Below, piece after piece: positions 17,283 to 29,100 of a stretch of 64,000 nt of DNA; the first letter of the stretch is position 1, and each line of letters begins with the position of its first letter. The DNA is taken from positions 8,043-72,042 of the forward strand of contig CAUZDY010000001.1 of NCBI GenBank assembly GCA_963578805.1. The letters run 5' to 3'. This DNA is from Vicinamibacteria bacterium (GTDB taxonomy: Bacteria; Acidobacteriota; Vicinamibacteria; Vicinamibacterales; UBA8438). The notes below the pieces were generated by a model. It had not been told where the DNA came from and searched no databases. It saw only the letters and a program-made list of their open reading frames with translations. The position numbers and the translations under genes are program-made.

Positions 17283-19337
17283 GTGACGACAACGACAGCC
17301 GCGTGGGTGTGCATCTTCTCGCCGATGGTCGGGGTAGCACTGACTCCAGTACTGGCCCGCCTTCATCCCACCGCGAGAGATTTCGGTGCAGTCTTCTTCT
17401 CTTTTGTGGCTGCAGTCGCAGCCCTAACCCTGCTCCCGGAACTCTCACACGCTGAGTTGCTCCCGCTCGAGCACCAGATCACGTGGCTTTCGAACCCACT
17501 TCAGATCGGCTTCGGCATCCTGGTCGACCCGCTAAGCATCGTCCTGACCAATGTCGTTGCCGTGATCAGTTTCGTCATCATGGTGTATTGCCTCGGATAC
17601 ATGAGAGGCGATCCCGCACAAACGCGTTTCTGGATGTGGATGAACGGGTTCATCGGCAGCATGTTGCTGCTCGTCCTCTCAAACAATCTGCTGTTTCTCT
17701 TCATCGGATGGAAGCTCGTTGGTGTCTGCAGCTACGGGCTCATCGGCTTCTACTACCAGGATCAGCGCCAGTACTGGATCGGCGGGCCGGCCCCCACGGC
17801 TTTCGTCACGCCGTCGCAGGCCTGCATCAAGGCACTGGTTGTAACGGGCGTGGGCGACATGCTGATGCTGGGCGGTATCCTTCTCGTCTATTTCTACGCA
17901 GGAACTCTGAACTTCCTCGATCTCTACGAGACGGCTCCCGCCTGGCTAGCAGCGATGGGCGACACCCCGGGAATGGTGATTCTCGTAAGCCTGCTTCTTC
18001 TGGCAGGTCCTATCGGCAAGTCGGCCCAGTTTCCGTTTCACGAGTGGCTTCCCGAGGCGATGGCTGGGCCGGGACCAGTATCAGCCCTCATACACGCGGC
18101 AACCATGGTCAAGAGCGGTGTATACCTCGTGGCGCGGCTCGTGCCGATCTTCTACTACGGGCGCTGGGTGGCCGGTATCGACGAGGCAGCGTGGTTCTTC
18201 TACGTTACCGCTTGGATTGGGGCGTTCACAGCTTTCCTGGCGGCGACCCAGGGATTGGTCGCGCTTGAACTCAAAAAGGTGCTCGCCTACTCGACGGTCA
18301 GCCAGATCGGCTACATGCTGCTGGGGCTTGGCACCGCCGGTTTCGCACCGTCGCTCCTGCTCGGGGGATACACGGCTGGGGTCTTTCACCTTGTAAGCCA
18401 CGCCCTCTTCAAGGCGTGTCTGTTCCTATGCGCAGGCACCGTGATTCATGCTGTGCGCTCCATCTACATCCAGGACATGGGCGGCCTCCGAAGACATCTG
18501 CCGCTGACCTGGGGCTTTACCCTCGTGGCGGCATTGTCGCTCATCGGGATGCCTCCCTTCCCAGGGTTCTGGAGTAAGGATGCCGTACTGCTCGTGACAC
18601 TTGAGGCCAGCACGCCGCTGTTTGTGCTAGCCCTTCTCACCGTGGCGGTCACCGCCTTTTACACCATCCGGTTTGTGGGAATTGTGTTTTATGGACCAGA
18701 GGGCGCCCATCTTCAGCAGGCGGCACACTCCGATGGCCACAGTCGTACGCACGACGGTGACGTGTCGATGCGCGTCGCATCCGGCATCCTGACGATCGCC
18801 ATCGTCATCGCTGGTCTGGGCGGGCCGTTCCTCGAGACAGCACTCCATAACGGCTTCGATACCAGCTTTCCCCAAGAGATCGTAGGAGTCATAGCCTCGG
18901 CCTCCGGACCCGACCACGACTCAGTCTCGCACGGACTTGTTTCTCTTCTCTCGGTGCTGTTCCTTCTCGCCGGTGCGGTACCGGCCTTTTACCTCTACAT
19001 CGCCCGCAAGGGCTCCCCTGCGGTGCTGCTCGACACCTATCCGTGTCTGCAATCGCTGCATACGTTTCTCTGGAACCGGTGGTTCATCGATGGGTTCTAC
19101 AACCGGGTGTTCATCACCGGCACGTCGCGCGCAGCAAGGTTCGTCGCCGAGGATCTCGAGGCGCCGCTGAACAATTTTGTGCATCGCCGCCTGCCATGGC
19201 TTTTTACGCGAAAGGCTGAGCGGATAGTGCATCACCTGCGCGCAGATACCGAGGAGCTGTTGTACAACGTCTCGTATGTGCTCATCTTGTTCATCATGCT
19301 CTTGACCTATCTGTTCCTCGGGACTGGCGGAGACTAA
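17283..19337 (+). CDS. mrpA: Mrp antiporter-like subunit A (NuoL-like, with long C-terminal helix)
   Basis: 684 aa. HEWLPEAMAGPGPVSALIHAATMVKSGVYL is a NuoL/MrpA signature, with a C-terminal amphipathic extension. Confidence 0.8.
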   Translation: MTTTTAAWVCIFSPMVGVALTPVLARLHPTARDFGAVFFSFVAAVAALTLLPELSHAELLPLEHQITWLSNPLQIGFGILVDPLSIVLTNVVAVISFVIMVYCLGYMRGDPAQTRFWMWMNGFIGSMLLLVLSNNLLFLFIGWKLVGVCSYGLIGFYYQDQRQYWIGGPAPTAFVTPSQACIKALVVTGVGDMLMLGGILLVYFYAGTLNFLDLYETAPAWLAAMGDTPGMVILVSLLLLAGPIGKSAQFPFHEWLPEAMAGPGPVSALIHAATMVKSGVYLVARLVPIFYYGRWVAGIDEAAWFFYVTAWIGAFTAFLAATQGLVALELKKVLAYSTVSQIGYMLLGLGTAGFAPSLLLGGYTAGVFHLVSHALFKACLFLCAGTVIHAVRSIYIQDMGGLRRHLPLTWGFTLVAALSLIGMPPFPGFWSKDAVLLVTLEASTPLFVLALLTVAVTAFYTIRFVGIVFYGPEGAHLQQAAHSDGHSRTHDGDVSMRVASGILTIAIVIAGLGGPFLETALHNGFDTSFPQEIVGVIASASGPDHDSVSHGLVSLLSVLFLLAGAVPAFYLYIARKGSPAVLLDTYPCLQSLHTFLWNRWFIDGFYNRVFITGTSRAARFVAEDLEAPLNNFVHRRLPWLFTRKAERIVHHLRADTEELLYNVSYVLILFIMLLTYLFLGTGGD

Positions 19338-20839
19338 TGGACATGCCGGGTCTGCTCCTCCAAATTCTCCTGGCACCTTTCCTCTCCTCGGCCGTGGTGT
19401 TTCTGACCCGCAGGCGCATTGGGCGCCTCGCCGGATGGCTGACGGCCGGAACGCTCCTCTACACGACAGCACTCGTGCTGCGTGCCGCTGTTGTGGTTGC
19501 CGGTGGCGAGGTGCTGTTCGAGGAGTACCTGCTGATCGCCCCGGGTGTCCATCTCGGTCTGCTCGCCGATGGTCTCAGTATCCCGACACTCGCCGTGGTT
19601 TTACTTCTGTGTACCGCCCTGGCTCTTTTCTCGATCCGGTATGTCGAGCATCGGGTGGAGATCTTGTATAGCAAGGAAAGCGAGGCGACTCAAGAGCGGT
19701 ACTACGTCCGTTTCTTTTACTTGCTTCCGTTTTTCCCCGCAGGGTTCATTGGGACGATCCTGAGCACCAACCTGGTAACGCTGTACTTCTTCATGGAGCT
19801 GCTGACGATCACACTGTTTTTCCTGATGGCGTATTTCGGCTACTTGGATCGGGTGCGGGTGGCGTTCATCAGCTTGTCGTGGGGCATCATCGGGGCTCTG
19901 CTGTTCCTGGTTGCGTCCCTTGCGACGTACGACCAGATCGGGAGTCTCGAAATCTCTGAGCTCGGACGAATGGCCGGTGGGCCGCTGGTCACCGGCACCT
20001 TGGTGTTGTTCCTTCTCGGCCTGATGATGAAGCTGGCCGTGATACCGTTTCACGTCTGGATGCCCTCGGTCCACGCCGAGCATCCGACGTGTATCGCGGG
20101 CCTTCTAGCGGTCTATGCCAACCTTGCGGTCTACGTCTTGATCCGCGTCGCGGTCCTTCCGCTTGCCGACGAGTTCCAAAAATTTGGGATGCCGCTCATG
20201 GTGATCGCTCTCGTGACGATGGTCTATGGGGCGCTTCTCAGCATGGCCCAGACAGACATCAAGCGTCTTGCAGCCTGTTCGACGATCAGCCAAATCGCAT
20301 ACTCCGTCCTCGGACTTGGCGCCCTGACGGCCACCGGTGTGCAAGGCAGCATGTTCTTCTTTCTCAGCCACATTATGGGGAAGACGGTCTTCTTTTCGAC
20401 CGCCGGCATTGTGGTCTACATGACGGGAATCCGTGACATGCGTAAGATGGGTGGACTCGCCCGCAAGATGCCGGTCACCGCGGCGCTCTGGGTGACCGGC
20501 TGCCTGATGCTGTCCGGGTTTCCGCCCTTCAGCAGTTTTACAGCCGAGTGGATCATGTTCACCGGCATCTTCGAACGCGGTGCAAGCTCCGGCCCCCTCG
20601 GCATTGTCGTGGCGCTGGGTGGCGTGACCGCCATCACGTTGACGGTCGCTTACACGTTCGCGGCCGCCCGACAAATCTTCTTTGGGCCGCTCAGTCCCGC
20701 CCTGGAGACCAAGACCCTGTCCGACCCCCCATGGACGATGACTGTTCCCCTCGCGCTGGTCGCGCTGACGTCGATCATCCTGGGGATACGACCCGGGCTG
20801 GTGATGGATCTGCTGGATTCGGTCCTAGGCGGGATCTAG
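19337..20839 (+). CDS. mrpD: Second Mrp antiporter-like subunit D (NuoM-like)
   Basis: 500 aa. The start overlaps the previous stop (TAATG). HVWMPSVHAEHPTCIAGLLAVYANLAVY is an antiporter-like motif. Confidence 0.8.
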   Translation: MDMPGLLLQILLAPFLSSAVVFLTRRRIGRLAGWLTAGTLLYTTALVLRAAVVVAGGEVLFEEYLLIAPGVHLGLLADGLSIPTLAVVLLLCTALALFSIRYVEHRVEILYSKESEATQERYYVRFFYLLPFFPAGFIGTILSTNLVTLYFFMELLTITLFFLMAYFGYLDRVRVAFISLSWGIIGALLFLVASLATYDQIGSLEISELGRMAGGPLVTGTLVLFLLGLMMKLAVIPFHVWMPSVHAEHPTCIAGLLAVYANLAVYVLIRVAVLPLADEFQKFGMPLMVIALVTMVYGALLSMAQTDIKRLAACSTISQIAYSVLGLGALTATGVQGSMFFFLSHIMGKTVFFSTAGIVVYMTGIRDMRKMGGLARKMPVTAALWVTGCLMLSGFPPFSSFTAEWIMFTGIFERGASSGPLGIVVALGGVTAITLTVAYTFAAARQIFFGPLSPALETKTLSDPPWTMTVPLALVALTSIILGIRPGLVMDLLDSVLGGI

Positions 20840-20847
20840 GATTCGGA

Positions 20848-23343
20848 CTAAGACCCCGGGTTATCCGTTTCATCCGTCTCACTGTCGACGAGGTCCTTCT
20901 CGGTGAGACGCGCCACCGACACGACCCTGTCTTGATCATCGATCTCGATGAGACGCACGCCCTGCGTTGCGCGCCCTATCGGCCGAATATCTCCGGTGAC
21001 CATCCGGAGGATCTTTCCTTGCTCGGTGATGAGCATCAGCTCATCGTCCTGCTCCACGTAGGCGACACTGGTGACTCGACCGTTTCGTCCGCTCGTCTGG
21101 ATATTGATCAGGCCAATGCCCCCGCGAGCCTGTACACGGTACTCATCCAGCTTGGTTCGCTTCCCGTAACCCCTCTCCGTAACGGTCAGTAGCGTGCCCC
21201 CCGGTTTGACAACCGTCATTGCCACCACTTCGTCCTCACTCCGCAGGGCGATCCCGCGGACACCTTGCGCCGTTCGACCCATCGGCCGGGCGTCCGCTTC
21301 TCTGAAGCGAATGGCCATACCGGCTCGCGTGCCCATAAAGATCTCGCCCTCGCCATCCGTCAACTCCGCACCGATCACTGCATCGTCGAGCTCAACCGAC
21401 ATCGCAATGATCCCATCGGCTCTGGGATGTCGATAGGCACGAAGGTCGGTCTTCTTGACAATGCCCCGCCGCGTCCCCATGACGACGAACTCTTGGCCGT
21501 CCTCGTCGGGCCACTCTCGAACCGCCTGCAGCGCCGAGACCCGCTCTCCGGGCGCCATGTTGACGAGGTTGGCGATCGCTTTGCCTCGACCGGCCGGACC
21601 GACGTCTGGAATCTCGTGCACCTTCAGCCAATACACCCGTCCCCGGTCGGAGAAGATCAAGATGTAGGCATGGGTCGACGCCACGAACAGCTGCGTAAGA
21701 AAATCCTCGTCGCGCGTGCGCATCCCGATGCGACCTTTTCCGCCACGCCGCTGATTCCGATACTCAGTCAGTGCGGTTCGCTTCACGTATCCGGTGTTGC
21801 TGATCGTGATCGCCATGTCCTCCTCGGCGATCAAGTCCTCCACTTGAAAATCTCCGGCTGCGGCAACGATCTCCGTACGCCGGTCGTCACCGTGGGTCTC
21901 CTGAATCGCGCGGAGCTCGTTGATGACGATCTCCATCAATAGTGTCTCGCTCTCCAGGATGGCCCGCAGTCGTTCGACCGTCTTGAGCAACTCGGTGAGC
22001 TCGTCGACGATCTTCTGTCGCTCAAGGCCGGTCAACCGCTGGAGTTGCATATCCAGGATGGCCTGGGCCTGAATCTTCGTCAGTGAAAACTGATCGATCA
22101 GTCCACTCCGGGCGTCGGCGGGTGTTTTGGCGCCGCGGATCAGCTTGATGATGGCATCCAGTTGGTCCAGTGCAATCTTCAAGCCCTCGAGCACATGCGC
22201 TCTCGCTTTGGCCTTTCGAAGGTTGAACTCGGTGCGGCGGTGGACCACTTCTCGGCGAAACTCCAGGAAGTGCTCGATGACGTCGAGCAGGCTCAAGACC
22301 CGCGGCCGACCGGCGACGATCGCCAGCATGATGATGCCGAACGACGTCTGGAGCGCCGTATGCTTGAAGAGGTTATTGAGCACAACCTCTGGCACCTCGC
22401 CGCGACGGAGCTCGATCACGATCCGCATGCCGCGGCGGTCTGACTCGTCCCGCAGATCCGTAATCCCTTCGATCACCTTCTCCCGGGCGAGCTCGGCCAT
22501 CTTCTCAAGCAACCGAGCCTTGTTCACCTGGTAGGGGATCTCGGTCACGATGATCGATTCCTTGCCCCCCTTCTTCTTTGGTTCTTCAACCGACGTCCGG
22601 GCCCGCATCAGGACGCTTCCACGACCAGTGCGATACGCTTGGGCGATACCCGCGCGCCCGACGATAAATCCTCCGGTCGGAAAATCAGGCCCCGACACAA
22701 GGCGGGGCACCGACTGCTCCCGCTCCTCGCGAGACTCCTCAGGGTGCTCCGCGACCCACACGATCCCGTCGATCACTTCACGCATGTTGTGCGGGGGGAT
22801 ATTGGTCGCCATCCCGACCGCGATACCAGAGGACCCGTTCACAAGGAGGTTCGGGTATGGCGCGGGCAAGACGGTGGGTTCTTCCGTGGTTTCGTCGTAA
22901 TTCGGAACGAAGTCGACCGTCTCCCTGTCGAGGTCGGCCATCAACCGATCGGCGAGACCCTGCAATTTGGCCTCGGTGTATCGCATGGCGGCCGGCGGGT
23001 CACCGTCGACCGACCCGAAGTTCCCCTGGCCGTCAACCAGCGGATAGCGCATGTTGAAGCCCTGGGCCATCCGAACGAGCGTGTCGTAGATCGAGGCGTC
23101 CCCGTGAGGATGGTAGTTCCCCATCACCTCGCCCACGATCTTCGCGCACTTGCGATACGACCGGTTCGACGCCAGTCCCATTAGGCGCATCCCGTAGATG
23201 ACGCGTCGATGAGCGGGCTTCAGTCCGTCGCGCACGTCTGGGAGCGCTCGCCCGATGATCACGCTCATCGCGTAATCCATGTACGAGCGACGCATCTCGT
23301 CTTCGATGCTGACTGGAATGGTTGTGTGTTCGATATCGGACAT
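20848..23343 (-). CDS. gyrA: DNA gyrase subunit A
   Basis: 831 aa. AMSVIIGRALPDVRDGLKPAHRRV and YHPHGDASIYD motifs; C-terminal beta-pinwheel repeats. Confidence 0.97.
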   Translation of the reverse strand: MSDIEHTTIPVSIEDEMRRSYMDYAMSVIIGRALPDVRDGLKPAHRRVIYGMRLMGLASNRSYRKCAKIVGEVMGNYHPHGDASIYDTLVRMAQGFNMRYPLVDGQGNFGSVDGDPPAAMRYTEAKLQGLADRLMADLDRETVDFVPNYDETTEEPTVLPAPYPNLLVNGSSGIAVGMATNIPPHNMREVIDGIVWVAEHPEESREEREQSVPRLVSGPDFPTGGFIVGRAGIAQAYRTGRGSVLMRARTSVEEPKKKGGKESIIVTEIPYQVNKARLLEKMAELAREKVIEGITDLRDESDRRGMRIVIELRRGEVPEVVLNNLFKHTALQTSFGIIMLAIVAGRPRVLSLLDVIEHFLEFRREVVHRRTEFNLRKAKARAHVLEGLKIALDQLDAIIKLIRGAKTPADARSGLIDQFSLTKIQAQAILDMQLQRLTGLERQKIVDELTELLKTVERLRAILESETLLMEIVINELRAIQETHGDDRRTEIVAAAGDFQVEDLIAEEDMAITISNTGYVKRTALTEYRNQRRGGKGRIGMRTRDEDFLTQLFVASTHAYILIFSDRGRVYWLKVHEIPDVGPAGRGKAIANLVNMAPGERVSALQAVREWPDEDGQEFVVMGTRRGIVKKTDLRAYRHPRADGIIAMSVELDDAVIGAELTDGEGEIFMGTRAGMAIRFREADARPMGRTAQGVRGIALRSEDEVVAMTVVKPGGTLLTVTERGYGKRTKLDEYRVQARGGIGLINIQTSGRNGRVTSVAYVEQDDELMLITEQGKILRMVTGDIRPIGRATQGVRLIEIDDQDRVVSVARLTEKDLVDSETDETDNPGS

Positions 23344-23362
23344 AGGTGGGCAGAGGGCCGGG

Positions 23363-27123
<3,761 letters not shown>

Positions 27124-27159
27124 GTGGTTAACGACCTTGGTAAAGGGGTCTAAACGGAA

Positions 27160-27300
27160 CGATTAAGCTTTTTATATAAACGTATAAAACTGTATTAGAT
27201 TATATCAATAATATAAGTCTGTTTAAAGATGTTTATTGAATATAAAACTATATATATCAACACCTTACAGTTTTGTTTTCTTGTTGATGTTTTTAGTTTT
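27160..27300. other. Extreme AT-rich tract, candidate DNA unwinding element
   Basis: tttttatataaacgtataaaactgtattagattatatcaataatataagtctgtttaaagatgtttattgaatataaaactatatatatc..., lying immediately next to the first DnaA-box cluster. Confidence 0.45.
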
Positions 27301-27325
27301 ACCTTCACCTTCTTGTTGATAAAAT

Positions 27326-27439
27326 TTATCCACAGCTTTGTCCACAGCCCGATATTGTTAATTATGTGAAGAGGGAGTAAACCGAGTAGTTTTTAACCGT
27401 TTAAGAGACTTTAAAAACTGTGTATAAAAGTGTGGAAAT
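27326..27439. promoter_or_regulatory. DnaA-box cluster 1
   Basis: TTATCCACA (27326-27334), TTGTCCACA (27338-27346), TGTGGAAAT (reverse complement ATTTCCACA, 27431-27439). Confidence 0.7.
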
Positions 27440-28058
27440 CTTTAACTTTTTAGATCGAGTAAATCACTATTAAGTGATGTTTTCCGTTAAAACATTTTCC
27501 GATCTTTAAAGGAAGAAAGTTATTACTTAGGAGAAAAAAGACATACACGAAATTTTGGCACGGAAGTGTGAAATATTTTAAGTTGTTTTGAGACGTGAAA
27601 TCGATCGCTTTTAAGGTGGTAGTTATTGGCGACAAACCCAATAACGCTGATTAATATCAATAATAAATTTAAAAGCCTTCTCACTAGAGCTCGGTAAAAC
27701 CTTGGCGATCACGCCAACGTAGTGTTCTGTTAACCAGTCACTGATAAAGACCGTTTATTGCAGGAAAACCCAGTTTTAACCCTAATCACCGACAAATCTT
27801 GTCGGCCGGAACTGGTTGTAAAAGCTGTAATGTTTAACTTTTGTCTCGATCCGATCAAAAATGTCACCTTTAACGTTTTACGCCATATAAACCTTAAAAA
27901 AAGGCTACCTTTCGCCTTAAAAGGAGGCTTGAGTTGCCGCAATCTGTGAACAAGTGAGAACGTTATATGGCTAAATAATATAGGTTTTAATAACAAATAC
28001 GGTTTAAACGAGCCAGAAAAAACAGGCGACAGGGAAGGGTTGGGGCGAAAACCCTGAA

Positions 28059-28090
28059 ATTTCCACAATTTCTTCCACAGTTGTGGAAAA
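28059..28090. promoter_or_regulatory. DnaA-box cluster 2
   Basis: ATTTCCACA (28059-28067), TCTTCCACA (28071-28079), TGTGGAAAA (28082-28090). Three boxes fall within 32 bp, the last one inverted. Confidence 0.65.
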
Positions 28091-28208
28091 CTAGGCAGTG
28101 GGAGCTTTTAATTGGCTCAGGCTGTCGGATACAGCATACGGATGGTGGTCAGGTAATCGACAGAGAAAGTTAAAATCGTGACCGTATAGCTTTTGGTATC
28201 GCCCTACA

Positions 28209-28238
28209 TTGACACAAAATAGAGCGCCTGGATATCAT
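28209..28238 (+). promoter_or_regulatory. Sigma-70-type promoter candidate for rpmH-rnpA
   Basis: TTGACA (28209-28214), an 18-nt spacer, then TATCAT (28233-28238). It lies about 67 nt upstream of the rpmH ATG. Confidence 0.45.
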
Positions 28239-28304
28239 GTAGAGTTCGCGTTCGGTGTGAGGCTTCATGCGATTCACCGGCGTAGGTAGGAAGATTCGGA
28301 TAGA

Positions 28305-28442
28305 ATGAAGCGCACTTATCAACCGAACCAACGTCGCCGAAAACGGACTCACGGGTTTCGGAAACGGATGAGCACAAAGAATGGCCGTCGGATTATACAG
28401 AACCGCCGAGCCAAGGGACGTAACCGGTTGTCAGTCTCGTAA
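28305..28442 (+). CDS. rpmH: 50S ribosomal protein L34
   Basis: 45 aa, below the ORF-track cutoff: [45 protein letters not shown]. This is the canonical L34 sequence. Confidence 0.95.
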   Translation: MKRTYQPNQRRRKRTHGFRKRMSTKNGRRIIQNRRAKGRNRLSVS

Positions 28443-28469
28443 GCTTCTTTAATACAACTACTTAAACAA

Positions 28470-28820
28470 GTGGACCGAACCCTGACCCGCCGAGAACGGC
28501 TTCGGCGGAGGCCAGAGTTCCTGCGCGTGCAACAGCAGGGTGTTCGGACAAGGGGGCGATACATCACGCTTTTCATGCTCCCGAACAATCTGGAGACCAC
28601 TCGGCTGGGAATCGTAGCGACGCGTCGGCTTGGAGACGCGGCCTGCCGGAACCGCTCAAAGCGTATCGTCCGTGAAATCTACCGTCTGAATAAGAGTCAG
28701 TACGATGGGCCGGCGGTCGACATCGTCGTGATGCCGCGACCAGGTTTCTCGGATATGCCGTTTAACACTCTTCAGGCTGACTACCTCTCAACGTTGAGAC
28801 GATATGAACAATCCAGGTAG
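28470..28820 (+). CDS. rnpA: Ribonuclease P protein component
   Basis: 116 aa, GTG start, basic. RLRRRPEFLRVQQQG...RLGIVATRRLGDAACRNRSKRIVRE is the RnpA motif, and the gene follows rpmH. Confidence 0.88.
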   Translation: MDRTLTRRERLRRRPEFLRVQQQGVRTRGRYITLFMLPNNLETTRLGIVATRRLGDAACRNRSKRIVREIYRLNKSQYDGPAVDIVVMPRPGFSDMPFNTLQADYLSTLRRYEQSR

Positions 28821-29082
28821 CGTCGATTTAACTCGTGCGAATTGGCTAGCAACACGAGCGCTGCTTAGTCTTGTTTCTATCTATAAACTCTTTTTTTCAT
28901 ACCTGTTTACAGGGTCATGCCGGTTTGTTCCCTCCTGTTCCTTGTATGCCCAGGAGGCACTGCTTAAGCATGGCGCGCTGAAGGGGAGTTGGCTAGCTTT
29001 TCGGCGCCTGGTCAGGTGTCATCCGCTTTGTGAGGGCGGACTTGACCAGGTTCCTGAGTCTAGTCGGCGGGCGTTGCATTAG
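28804..29082 (+). CDS. yidD: Membrane protein insertion efficiency factor YidD
   Basis: YKLFFSYLFTGSCRFVPSCSLYAQEALLKHGALKGSWLAFRRLVRCHP is the YidD signature. It overlaps the end of rnpA. Confidence 0.85.
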   Translation: MNNPGSVDLTRANWLATRALLSLVSIYKLFFSYLFTGSCRFVPSCSLYAQEALLKHGALKGSWLAFRRLVRCHPLCEGGLDQVPESSRRALH

Positions 29083-29100
29083 AGCCGCCACAAGTCCCCT

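Larger units (their letters stand above)
27124..28304. other. Candidate chromosomal replication origin (oriC) between dnaN and rpmH
   Basis: 1.18 kb with no credible ORF, and very AT-rich. Perfect DnaA box TTATCCACA at 27326-27334, with six near-consensus boxes in two clusters. The flanking genes are the canonical origin neighbours and diverge from this gap. Confidence 0.75.

Noticed and set aside
27450-28068. ORFs 27450..27641(-), 27730..28068(-) and 27758..27949(+) inside the origin gap, considered as possible remnants of dnaA.
   Set aside because: None shows any DnaA motif (no Walker A, no domain IV RDHTTV-type sequence). They have low-complexity, AT-driven composition, and the space between box clusters is too short for dnaA.
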